DNA of 59,010 nucleotides from an uncultured Thermodesulfobacteriaceae bacterium (GTDB lineage Bacteria; Desulfobacterota; Dissulfuribacteria; Dissulfuribacterales; UBA3076): positions 20,210 through 79,219 of the forward strand of contig CAZYEJ010000003.1 in assembly GCA_964646435.1 (NCBI GenBank), given 5' to 3'. The notes beneath the pieces were generated by a model. It was not told where the DNA came from. It worked only from the letters and a program-made list of their open reading frames with translations, and searched no databases. Position numbers and translations under genes: made by a program. Within the stretch, counting starts at the first letter, position 1, and each line of letters opens with the position of its first letter. Shown here piece by piece: positions 9,063-17,647 of this stretch.

Positions 9063-9872
9063 TTATTGATAATATTTCTCATAGCCCCGCCATTCAGCAA
9101 ACTCGCTACGCACCCCATTCAATACGGTTCCCAGAATATGGCGATCACGCAAGAGTTCAAGCGATCTTTTCAGGTCTTCCTCTTTTGTCTCTTGACTGCG
9201 GACTACTATAATGACGCCATCCGCAAAACGAGACAGATACAAAGCATCTGAAAAACCGAGTAGGGGTGGGCTGTCAAATATTATATAACGATCAGGATAA
9301 CGCCCCTTGACTTCTCGCACGAAACTGTGCATAGCCGGGGTATTCAGGAAATCCGAAGGATACTGTTCAGATTTGCCGGCAGGCAGCAGTGTCAAGCGAG
9401 GCATGCCGGGATTAACCAACAACTCAGATAAAGGCACTCCCCTGGTAAGGTGCTCGTAGAGCCCTGGTTCCTGAGACAATCCAAAGTAACTATGCACAGC
9501 GGGCCGGCGCAAGTCCGTGTCAATAAGCAATACTGTGCGGGTTTTCTCGCGGGCCAGGCTGACAGCAAGATTGACTGCCGTGAAAGTCTTTCCTTCGCCC
9601 TGCCCAGGACTGGCAACCAGTATGGAATTACTGCCGTCCCTGGACAAGGCCTCTAAAACTCGTACGCGAAGCAGATTATATTGCTCAATTATGGCAGGTG
9701 AAATGGATGAAGTCAGTACGCCGCTCTTTCTGAGGACCGCTTCACTCACCTTTTCGACCCGAGTCTGAGTATACTCTGAATCCGTGAGTTTTTGCCGGGT
9801 CTCAACAACACTGGCCCCCTTGTCATCACGGTCCTGTTTGGCCCGCTTCAAGGCCTTTTCCAGCCTGCTCAT
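9063..9872 (-). CDS. CpsD/CapB-type tyrosine autokinase (BY-kinase catalytic subunit)
   Basis: Walker A SPGQGEGKT, A' LLIDTDLRRP, B YIIFDSPP, Tyr-containing tail GYEKYYQ. 4-nt overlap with the upstream chain-length gene. Confidence 0.8.
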   Translation of the reverse strand: MSRLEKALKRAKQDRDDKGASVVETRQKLTDSEYTQTRVEKVSEAVLRKSGVLTSSISPAIIEQYNLLRVRVLEALSRDGSNSILVASPGQGEGKTFTAVNLAVSLAREKTRTVLLIDTDLRRPAVHSYFGLSQEPGLYEHLTRGVPLSELLVNPGMPRLTLLPAGKSEQYPSDFLNTPAMHSFVREVKGRYPDRYIIFDSPPLLGFSDALYLSRFADGVIIVVRSQETKEEDLKRSLELLRDRHILGTVLNGVRSEFAEWRGYEKYYQ

Positions 9873-11515
9873 GGCCCTTTACCTCTCTTCATTTTTGACT
9901 GCATCTTTGACTGTTCTTGCACATCGGGAATAGCCGCTATTACAGGGGCACCTGTGATCCGTTTGACATCCCTCACAGTCCTGATACTCATGTCAGTGAA
10001 TTCCCGAACAGCCCCCAGACCTGCCCCTGCGCCCAGACCCAGAATAAAACCTATCAGGACAATGGCCATTCGATTCGGTTTGATGGGCCTTTCCGGCAAC
10101 TGGGATGGATCCACAACTGTGAATTTCTCTCCAACTTGACTCTCTTCCAGGCCTTCGGCCTGACGCGCCTCCATAAATTTTGCCGAGGTCTCCTTATATT
10201 TTGTTTGAGCAGAACTGTAATCCCGGACCAAATCCTGATACTCCTGCTCCACCTGAGGCATCTTCTCCAGTCGTTTGACATATTGCTGCCACTTATCATC
10301 CAACTCTTTGCGCTGAGTCTGCAGTGATTCCATCTCTATCTCCGTGCGCTTGATTTGAGTCTGGAGATTGATATATGCCGGATTGGTGGGTCCACTGTCA
10401 GCAGGATCAGCACTGCCGGCTTCATCGGCTTGACTCTTCGCCAAGGCAATCTTAATATCGGAAATTTTCTGCTTCAGACGCAGCACATCCGGATGCTTGC
10501 CTGTGGTATGGTCGCGCAAATTCTCCAACCGGATTTCTTTATCATTCAGCATTTCCTCTAGATTCCTGCGCTTATTATACACACTCACCGTCTTTTCCAA
10601 TTCTTCAATCTCGCGGCGTATCTTAATGACGTCCGGATGCTTGGGTGAAAGACCGGCCTCCAGGGAAATGGCCTGGCTTCGGAGAAGCTTTAACCGGTCG
10701 CGAGGCTCCCATACCTGGCCACCCGTTAACAGGACATTGGGTGAAATCGTTGCCAACTGTCCCTCCAGATAGACCTTGCGATCCTCCAGGGCCAGCATTT
10801 TGGCTTCAATGCCTTCGATCTGCCGACGAACCTGCCGCTCAGTTTCAAGATTCAGCCGCATCAACTCAGGCAACTCAGTCAGATGTCCCTCCTTGAAGCG
10901 GGCGATCTTTTCTTCCAATAAACGGGTCGTGTCGCGATAATCCTCCAGTTGCTGCTCCAATATATTTGTTGTAGTTCTGGCCAGGTTCTCGCGAAGGCTT
11001 TTGTTGTATTCCAAAAACAATGAGGTCAAGCGATTTGTGACCTGAACGACCTTTTCAGGATCGGTGCCCTCATAGGACACGGTAAAGGCCACATTTACCT
11101 CAACTTGCCGCTCTGTACGCCGACTGGGAACCATGGCGCTTACCATTTCCACCAAGATATCTTCGCGCATTTTACTCAGAATGTTCTCCACCGGATCGTT
11201 GCCCTGGAGATCAGGATAGAGTTGAAAGTCCTTAATGATCTGTTCCAGGGTCTGCCTGCTCAGGATCTGCTCAGTTATGGTCTTGATACGTTCTTCGGCA
11301 TAGCCGGTAACAGTGGTACGAATCAGGTCTTCCGGGACCTGCTGAGCTTCAATCAGAATCGTGGCCTTTGACTGATATATGGCAGGTAACAGGTAGGCTA
11401 CCACTGATGCAATGCAAAGAATCACCAGCCATGGCACGACGATAAACCACTTACGCCTCCGCAAAAAGACCATATAGTCTTGTAATGTCTGAGGCCCGCG
11501 ATCTGGTTCGGTCAT
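9869..11515 (-). CDS. Polysaccharide chain-length determinant (Wzz/GumC-like, PEP-CTERM-locus type)
   Basis: 548 aa. N- and C-terminal TM helices (WFIVVPWLVILCIASVVAYLL; AIVLIGFILGLGAGAGLGAV) flank a long coiled-coil periplasmic region. Confidence 0.8.
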   Translation of the reverse strand: MTEPDRGPQTLQDYMVFLRRRKWFIVVPWLVILCIASVVAYLLPAIYQSKATILIEAQQVPEDLIRTTVTGYAEERIKTITEQILSRQTLEQIIKDFQLYPDLQGNDPVENILSKMREDILVEMVSAMVPSRRTERQVEVNVAFTVSYEGTDPEKVVQVTNRLTSLFLEYNKSLRENLARTTTNILEQQLEDYRDTTRLLEEKIARFKEGHLTELPELMRLNLETERQVRRQIEGIEAKMLALEDRKVYLEGQLATISPNVLLTGGQVWEPRDRLKLLRSQAISLEAGLSPKHPDVIKIRREIEELEKTVSVYNKRRNLEEMLNDKEIRLENLRDHTTGKHPDVLRLKQKISDIKIALAKSQADEAGSADPADSGPTNPAYINLQTQIKRTEIEMESLQTQRKELDDKWQQYVKRLEKMPQVEQEYQDLVRDYSSAQTKYKETSAKFMEARQAEGLEESQVGEKFTVVDPSQLPERPIKPNRMAIVLIGFILGLGAGAGLGAVREFTDMSIRTVRDVKRITGAPVIAAIPDVQEQSKMQSKMKRGKGP

Positions 11516-11550
11516 ATTGTCTCCTAAAATATGTCACCATCACGAGTTAT

Positions 11551-12777
11551 TTACCAATCTTCTAATCGAGAATAAAAATTCAGGGAAATCCAGACTAACT
11601 TCCTTCTGGTATCTCGATCGACCCTCTGGTCATCCAGAAATCTGTGTTGATAATATATTCCAATATTGGCATGCTCAGTCAAACGATAGACAAGACCCGG
11701 ACGAATATCAACTGTCCAGTAATCCTCGTTATCCTCATCGCCCTGAGACCTCACATCCGTGTAACTTGCGTTACCGGTGAGACGCATTCGCTCGCTCAGC
11801 CGGTACATCCCTTTCAAGGTCACACGGTCGCGATCTACTGTTTCACCAATTCCGCTTGGATAAACGTCCTTCACGTAACCCGCCCGCCAGTTCCCTCTTT
11901 CCAATTTACCGTATGCCTCTACAGAGACCAAAAAACCTGTCTCATTAGAAGTCCCCTCGATATCGTCTTTTATATTGGAGTAATATATTCCGGCACCGGC
12001 TCGGAGATTAAGCTTCTCGGAAAAAGCACGGTCAATGCCGCACATCAAGTTATATGAATCCGTCTCGCCATCATCAAAATCCGCATTGGAAAACGAGGGT
12101 TTCACATATACATAGGTGCGGTCATCAGCCAGCAAATAATTGTACTTAAGGGAGATTCCGGCCTCCCGGTGGTCCTCATTTTCATATTCATATATTCCGT
12201 AACCAATATCTCCTTCGTAGTTGACTTTGCGAAAAGGAAGGGCCATTTCCCATGATGAACGCTCAGTGGCCTGCCAATGCATGGAGGGATTAAGTCTATA
12301 TTCTTTACGATCATCACGCCAGAGCCTAAGGCCTTCCTCGGACAACTCGCTGTCCTGGGTCGTATCCTTGCGATAGCTACCATCAAAGGACAGTGTCACT
12401 GTGGGCCTTACCCGACTTGAGGCCTTCAGACGATAGTACTGATCCAGGGTATCAAGGTCACTATGGGTATCAAATTTCTGGCCCAGCAATTGGGCGCTTA
12501 AACTAAAATCGTTCTGATCAGTCCTTCTTCGCCATTTAAGCTCAGGACGTATCTCATAAATCCAGTCATGCTCTTCATAGCTACTGGAAAAATTGATATT
12601 GTCGTCATATTTCAGTCTTGCATCCACACGGGAATTCCACGTCACTTCTGCCGCCTCTGTGGCCGAAAACCATACCCCCGCCAACAAACTTATAATAAAG
12701 GACAAATATGTTCCCAAACGCAATAACTTCACGACGCCATCCCTCGACTTTCTGTTTCGTGTCCACCAAATAGACAC
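11551..12777 (-). CDS. Outer-membrane beta-barrel protein of EPS/PEP-CTERM loci
   Basis: Signal-like LLAGVWFSATEAAE, alternating beta-strand pattern rich in Y/D/R, C-terminal aromatic residue (..SRLEDW). Confidence 0.55.
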   Translation of the reverse strand: MSIWWTRNRKSRDGVVKLLRLGTYLSFIISLLAGVWFSATEAAEVTWNSRVDARLKYDDNINFSSSYEEHDWIYEIRPELKWRRRTDQNDFSLSAQLLGQKFDTHSDLDTLDQYYRLKASSRVRPTVTLSFDGSYRKDTTQDSELSEEGLRLWRDDRKEYRLNPSMHWQATERSSWEMALPFRKVNYEGDIGYGIYEYENEDHREAGISLKYNYLLADDRTYVYVKPSFSNADFDDGETDSYNLMCGIDRAFSEKLNLRAGAGIYYSNIKDDIEGTSNETGFLVSVEAYGKLERGNWRAGYVKDVYPSGIGETVDRDRVTLKGMYRLSERMRLTGNASYTDVRSQGDEDNEDYWTVDIRPGLVYRLTEHANIGIYYQHRFLDDQRVDRDTRRKLVWISLNFYSRLEDW

Positions 12778-12785
12778 TATTTCTG

Positions 12786-13355
12786 TTACATTACGACTAC
12801 CACATCGCCGCTCTGCAACATAATGTTCTGTTCGAGATGCTTCCCCTTGGCAACGTCGCTATAGTCAAACCGTATCCTCGACTGACCGTCAGGCCCCTGT
12901 CTCAATATGGAAATCTTACCAAGGTTGGCAAATGGATTTGTACCGCCTGCCAGGCTCAGGGCCTGCATAACATTAATGAGCTCCGGGAGCATAAAGACCC
13001 CCGGCTCGTGTACCTTGCCAATCACATAGACCTTGTAACTCTTTATCTCAAGGGGAAGAACAGCAATCGTAGGTGACGGGATGTACTCCTCAAGACGCTT
13101 CACTATTTCCTGCTGAATCTCTACCAGCGTCTTTCCGCCGGCCTCTATCTGTCCAACAAGGGGAAAGCTTAGATACCCATCTGGCTGAACAATAACTTGT
13201 TTTGTGAGCTCAAGGTCTTTCCATACGGAAATCTCCAAGACATCTCCCGGACCAAGGACAAAAGACGGGACGTCTCCAGCGCAAACGGGCGACGACACAA
13301 CTGCCATAAATAATAGAACAGCAAACAATCTCAAAGAACATCTCTCCATAATCAT
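12786..13355 (-). CDS. Polysaccharide export protein (short Wza-like, Poly_export plus SLBB)
   Basis: Signal peptide, then GPGDVLEISVWKD and SGDVVVV motifs. RBS GGAGG upstream. Confidence 0.85.
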   Translation of the reverse strand: MIMERCSLRLFAVLLFMAVVSSPVCAGDVPSFVLGPGDVLEISVWKDLELTKQVIVQPDGYLSFPLVGQIEAGGKTLVEIQQEIVKRLEEYIPSPTIAVLPLEIKSYKVYVIGKVHEPGVFMLPELINVMQALSLAGGTNPFANLGKISILRQGPDGQSRIRFDYSDVAKGKHLEQNIMLQSGDVVVVM

Positions 13356-13585
13356 TGCACCCCTCCGAAATTCTTTTCAATAGCCAAATCCGGCTCCACA
13401 GCTCCAGAACATTCTCTTGCTTGAATATCCAACATTTTTAGTAACTTCTCAATAAGTCCGGACAAATCATGTTTTGCGACTATCCAATAGATTCCGGCTT
13501 TCGCCGGAATGACAGACGCTTACACCCAATCGTTATTCCCGCGACGGGCGAGCTACCGCCATTCGGGTGAAAATTCCCTCACTAG

Positions 13586-13710
13586 AACTTAAATTAAGCG
13601 ATTAGCCTATTCAGGCTGAAGACTGAAGGCTGAAGGCTGAAGACTTTTAGGGACGAAACTTAGGGCATTTGATCGTTACGAGATGGTTGAAATACTTCAG
13701 CCTTCAGCCT
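13586..13710. repeat. Conserved 21-bp block plus stuttered-arm hairpin
   Basis: aacttaaattaagcgattagc (13586-13606; 20/21 identical at 46503-46523), then aggctgaagactgaaggctgaaggctgaagac (13613-13644), loop, cttcagccttcagcct (13695-13710). Confidence 0.8.
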
Positions 13711-13753
13711 ATCCACCTAAATAATTATTTTTATTTTACCATATTTCTTGCTC

Positions 13754-14077
13754 TCACGAAACCTTTTGTGCCCTGTGTAAATTGATATATTCTTCCCACT
13801 CCATGAGCAGCAGATATTTCTTCTTGTTGTTGCACTCCCTGCAGGCCGGAACCAAGTTGCCTTTAACGCTTTTTCCTCCACGAATCAAAGGAACCACATG
13901 ATCCATTGTGAGATTAGAAGGCCCCACGCGCCCCCCACAGTAGAAGCAAACACCTTTAGCACATTTCTGGTGCCACCATCTACTGCGCCTGAGTTCTCTG
14001 GCCTTGGATTTCTCCTTCTTTATATCCTCTTCGGCCACAAATGCCGAAAAAAGAACTGTTTCTTTGACTTTGTTCAT
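13754..14077 (-). CDS. Small HNH endonuclease
   Basis: CFYCGGR...MDHVVPLIRGG...NLVPACRECNNKK HNH/zinc motif. 107 aa. Confidence 0.8.
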   Translation of the reverse strand: MNKVKETVLFSAFVAEEDIKKEKSKARELRRSRWWHQKCAKGVCFYCGGRVGPSNLTMDHVVPLIRGGKSVKGNLVPACRECNNKKKYLLLMEWEEYINLHRAQKVS

Positions 14078-14223
14078 GATTTTACATAAAACAAATGAAA
14101 AGCCTCTTTGTGTTTATTTTATGCAATATAAATACCCGTTCTCTTCAAAATGGGAAAGTGTCTGGCGTTGCATTAACTTAATTATTACAATCTAAGTTGA
14201 GCGATCAATGTAAAAAGGGAATC

Positions 14224-15036
14224 ATGGATAGGCAAGAGTTAAAACGGCTGGAAAAGATACTTTTTGCCATGCTGGGCCGGCAGCCAGATGCCTTTGGCAT
14301 AGTATTGGATGAAGGCGGCTGGATTTCTATCAAAGAGCTTCATAAAGCACTTATGAAAGAGGCAGGGTTTTCCCATATTACCAAGAGGGGTCTTACACAG
14401 CTCTTCTCCCTTTACAGACCGGAAAAATTCGAATGGCAAGAAAATTATGTCAGGGTGAGACTGGAATTGCAGAGCCCTGATCTTACCATATACAATGAAG
14501 CTACACCTCCGGAATTGCTTTACGTCAGCATAAGACCAAAGGCCCATGCACATGTGATTGCTCGTGGACTACAATCAAGCAATAACAATAAGAGGATTGT
14601 ATTATCCACAGAAAAGGAAATGGCTTTAAAAATCGGAGGGCGCAGAGACAGGGACCCTATTATAGTGGAAATAACGGCTCTTAAGAGTAGTAAGGCGGGT
14701 GTAGTTTTCAGAAAGGCCGGCAAGCTTCTGTACCTTGTTGAAGGCCTGGATCCTCAATGGATGAATATACCACCGCTCCCCCCTGTTCGGGAGAAGGACA
14801 AACACAAAGAACCTAAATCCGGCGAAGCCAGGCCTGTCGGCAAAAAAATCCCAAAGGGCATTGCCCCGCGACCTGAGCAGATAGGGGCCTTTGTGCTCCG
14901 CGACACGCCTTCACACATAGTGTCCTCCGGGCTTGACAAAATAAAAAAGAACAAAAAATCCCGAGACCGCGACCCTGAATGGAAAAAGGCCAGACGCAGG
15001 AGAAAGAGGACTGCAAAAAACAGAATACCCACATGA
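14224..15036 (+). CDS. Tpt1/KptA (RNA 2'-phosphotransferase)-like protein with Lys/Arg-rich C-terminal tail
   Basis: LEKILFAMLGRQPDAFGIVLDEGGWISIKEL resembles the KptA N-terminus ([30 protein letters not shown], recalled from memory). ATG at 14224 with an AAGGGA RBS is preferred over the TTG at 14197. Confidence 0.5.
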   Translation: MDRQELKRLEKILFAMLGRQPDAFGIVLDEGGWISIKELHKALMKEAGFSHITKRGLTQLFSLYRPEKFEWQENYVRVRLELQSPDLTIYNEATPPELLYVSIRPKAHAHVIARGLQSSNNNKRIVLSTEKEMALKIGGRRDRDPIIVEITALKSSKAGVVFRKAGKLLYLVEGLDPQWMNIPPLPPVREKDKHKEPKSGEARPVGKKIPKGIAPRPEQIGAFVLRDTPSHIVSSGLDKIKKNKKSRDRDPEWKKARRRRKRTAKNRIPT

Positions 15037-16448
15037 TATCAAAAATCTGGTATCTTCATTATATGTATAATCGCCTTTTTTACCTCTGCCTTTTGACCTT
15101 TGCCTTTATATCTTTGGCCTCTTCTGCCTTCGCAATGATGTCTATTGAGGAAGAACAGGAAATGAGAGATAAATTGCTGCGCATGGTTGAGTCCCAAGTC
15201 CCACTGATAAAAGATCCGGAAATTGTCGGATATGTGTCCGGTGTAGGCCAAAAAGTGCTTAACCAGGTTGACGGTAAATTTTTTGACTACGAGTTTTTCG
15301 TCATACAGGATGATGGACTGAACGCCTTTGCCATGCCCGGAGGTCTTGTATTCGTACACACGGGGCTGCTTGAGGTCATAGATACTGAAAATGAACTGCT
15401 GTGCGTCCTTGCCCATGAAACAGGTCACGTTCAGGGAAGACATATAGCCAGGCGAATGGAGCGGATGCAGCGGATAAACATAGCCACTGCCGCCATAGCC
15501 ATAGCCGGACTCTTTTTGGGACAAGGACAGGTGGGTTCTGCCATATTCGCAACTTCAGGCGCACTAAATGCCTCTATCGCCCTTAAATACAGTCGCGCAG
15601 ACGAAGAAGAGGCAGACCGGAGGGCGTGTCAGTGGGTATGTAAGGCCGGTTATGATCCCCGTGGGCTGATTACGGTCTTAAAAAAAATGCAGAAATATCG
15701 CTGGCTCGGGACAAGCGCCATACCCAGTTACCTCTCCACCCACCCAGTAGACAGCGAGAGGGTGACCTATCTGGAAGATCTCTGGGACAGGAAGCGATGT
15801 GTAGAAAAGTTCCCGGAAGATCTATTCAGGCTGAGAAAGATACAGGTCAAGATAAGGGTCTTGACTCATGATCCAATGGTCACGACAAAATACTACAAAC
15901 GGGAACTCAGTGCCACTCCGGACGATATGTTCCTCCTCTATGGTCTTGCTCAGTCGCTCCTTGCCGCCAGGGAATACGATAAGGCCCTGAAGGCATATGA
16001 TAATCTTGTGTCTTCAGCCCCGGAAAGACCTGAGTTTAAAGTGGATCAAGGAAGGGCCTACTTCGCGGCAGGAAAGTATCAAAAAGCCATCTCGACCGTA
16101 GGTCCGTACAGCAAAAAACATCCCGGAGATTCAACTGCCAGGTTCTTCCTGGCCAGGGCGTATCTTGAACAAGGAAAACCGGCTGAGGCCCTTCCCGTAC
16201 TTAAAACCCTGAAACAATCCTGGCCTGATCCCGCAAGTATTTACTTGCAACTGGGTAGGTGTTTCGCTGCTCTCGAAAAACAGGGTGAGGCACACTACTA
16301 TTTCTACCGTCACTATGAGGCTATAGGAAATCAGCAATCTGCCCGATATCACAAGGATAAGGCCCTGAAGCTGCTTCCGGCGGACAGCAAACTTTACAAA
16401 GATCTTAAATGCGATAAAAATCAGGAAAGCCCTAAACCATTAAATTAG
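15033..16448 (+). CDS. M48-family Zn metalloprotease with C-terminal TPR repeats (BepA-like)
   Basis: HETGHVQGRH (HExxH). Signal peptide MISKIWY...LASSAFA. TPR-like C-terminus. ATG 15033 overlaps the upstream stop as ATGA. Confidence 0.85.
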   Translation: MISKIWYLHYMYNRLFYLCLLTFAFISLASSAFAMMSIEEEQEMRDKLLRMVESQVPLIKDPEIVGYVSGVGQKVLNQVDGKFFDYEFFVIQDDGLNAFAMPGGLVFVHTGLLEVIDTENELLCVLAHETGHVQGRHIARRMERMQRINIATAAIAIAGLFLGQGQVGSAIFATSGALNASIALKYSRADEEEADRRACQWVCKAGYDPRGLITVLKKMQKYRWLGTSAIPSYLSTHPVDSERVTYLEDLWDRKRCVEKFPEDLFRLRKIQVKIRVLTHDPMVTTKYYKRELSATPDDMFLLYGLAQSLLAAREYDKALKAYDNLVSSAPERPEFKVDQGRAYFAAGKYQKAISTVGPYSKKHPGDSTARFFLARAYLEQGKPAEALPVLKTLKQSWPDPASIYLQLGRCFAALEKQGEAHYYFYRHYEAIGNQQSARYHKDKALKLLPADSKLYKDLKCDKNQESPKPLN

Positions 16449-16544
16449 CCGCCTTCGGCGGGACTTCTCTGACAGGATGAACAAGATTTACATAATTTTC
16501 ATTTATCCTGTTGATCATGTCAAAAAAATGGAAATTCCTATACT

Positions 16545-17039
16545 ATGAATTTATCTACCTCCTTTTCCATAAAATCCTTTTTGTTCGTGGCTTTCCTGGT
16601 TGTGCTCGCAGATCAGGCTACCAAGGCCATGGTAATCTCTAACCTCAATCTTTATGAAGTGCGGCCTGTTTTGCAGGGATTTTTTAATATCACTTATATA
16701 ACTAACACAGGAGCTGCCTTTGGATTTATGGCAGGGTCGGATAAGTGGCGTCACATGTTTTTCCAGGTAATAAGCGTAGTCGCCCTCGGCGGTCTCATTT
16801 ATCTTTATCGCACCTCGCATAGTCGCAGCTATCCTTTTTTATGGGGGATCTCTCTGGTGTTTGGCGGAGCACTGGGAAACCTGATAGACAGAATCCGCTA
16901 TAGATCTGTTATTGACTTTTTGGACTTCTATGTGGGTTCATACCACTGGCCGGCCTTTAACATCGCAGATTCCGCCATAACCGTCGGCGGAGCTCTCCTG
17001 GCGTGGCATTTCTTCCGCATTACCGAAAAACAACCATGA
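16545..17039 (+). CDS. lspA: Lipoprotein signal peptidase II
   Basis: NTGAAFG, GGALGNLIDR and FNIADSAI motifs. 164 aa, 4 TM. Confidence 0.9.
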   Translation: MNLSTSFSIKSFLFVAFLVVLADQATKAMVISNLNLYEVRPVLQGFFNITYITNTGAAFGFMAGSDKWRHMFFQVISVVALGGLIYLYRTSHSRSYPFLWGISLVFGGALGNLIDRIRYRSVIDFLDFYVGSYHWPAFNIADSAITVGGALLAWHFFRITEKQP

Positions 17040-17139
17040 TAACGGCATCCACCTCACAGGGGGTCCGCAGGGCAGGGGCGGCTACGATAAAATATTTATT
17101 TTGCCAAAAGGTATTGCATTCCAAAAAAGCGTAATTATA

Positions 17140-17166
17140 TTAGCACTCGTCGTTAGCGAGTGCTAA
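17140..17166 (+). promoter_or_regulatory. CIRCE operator (HrcA binding site) upstream of groES
   Basis: Perfect TTAGCACTC-N9-GAGTGCTAA. Preceded by TTGCAT (17114-17119) and TATATT (17136-17141). Confidence 0.9.
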
Positions 17167-17327
17167 TAAAACAGGATGGCCATCCTTTTAAACCGCTAAG
17201 ATAAAACCATATACGAGATACCCTTTGGGGACTCACATGAAGTCGTTCGCTTTTTGGCCCAAGGCTTTCGGCTCATTTTAATTTATTTATTCTGAATAAT
17301 TTTATAGCAAAAAGGAGAAAAAATGCT

Positions 17328-17618
17328 ATGAAAATTCGTCCGTTACACGACCGAATTTTGGTAACACGCTTACAGGAAAAAGAGAAGACCAAGGGTGGAA
17401 TTATCATCCCTGACAGTGCAAAAGAAAAGCCCGCTGAGGGAAAAGTCATCTCTGCCGGAAACGGTAAGATCCTTGAAAACGGCGAGATCAGAGCCCTGGA
17501 TGTAAAAGATGGGGATCGTATCCTGTTCAGCAAGTACTCCGGCACAGAGGTAAAAATCGACGGAGAAGAATATCTGATAATGAGAGAAGACGACGTCCTT
17601 GGTATTATTGAAGACTAG
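17328..17618 (+). CDS. groES: Co-chaperonin GroES
   Basis: [12 protein letters not shown]...[13 protein letters not shown]. 96 aa. Confidence 0.95.
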   Translation: MKIRPLHDRILVTRLQEKEKTKGGIIIPDSAKEKPAEGKVISAGNGKILENGEIRALDVKDGDRILFSKYSGTEVKIDGEEYLIMREDDVLGIIED

Positions 17619-17647
17619 TTAAACTAACAACGGAGGTTAAGCAAACA

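Noticed and set aside
13356-13560. Sigma54 promoter upstream of the EPS export operon (TGGAGC-N5-TTGG and TGGATATTCAAGCA on the minus strand)
   Set aside because: The -12 GC element is missing or the GG-GC spacing is wrong (10 instead of 12), so support is insufficient.
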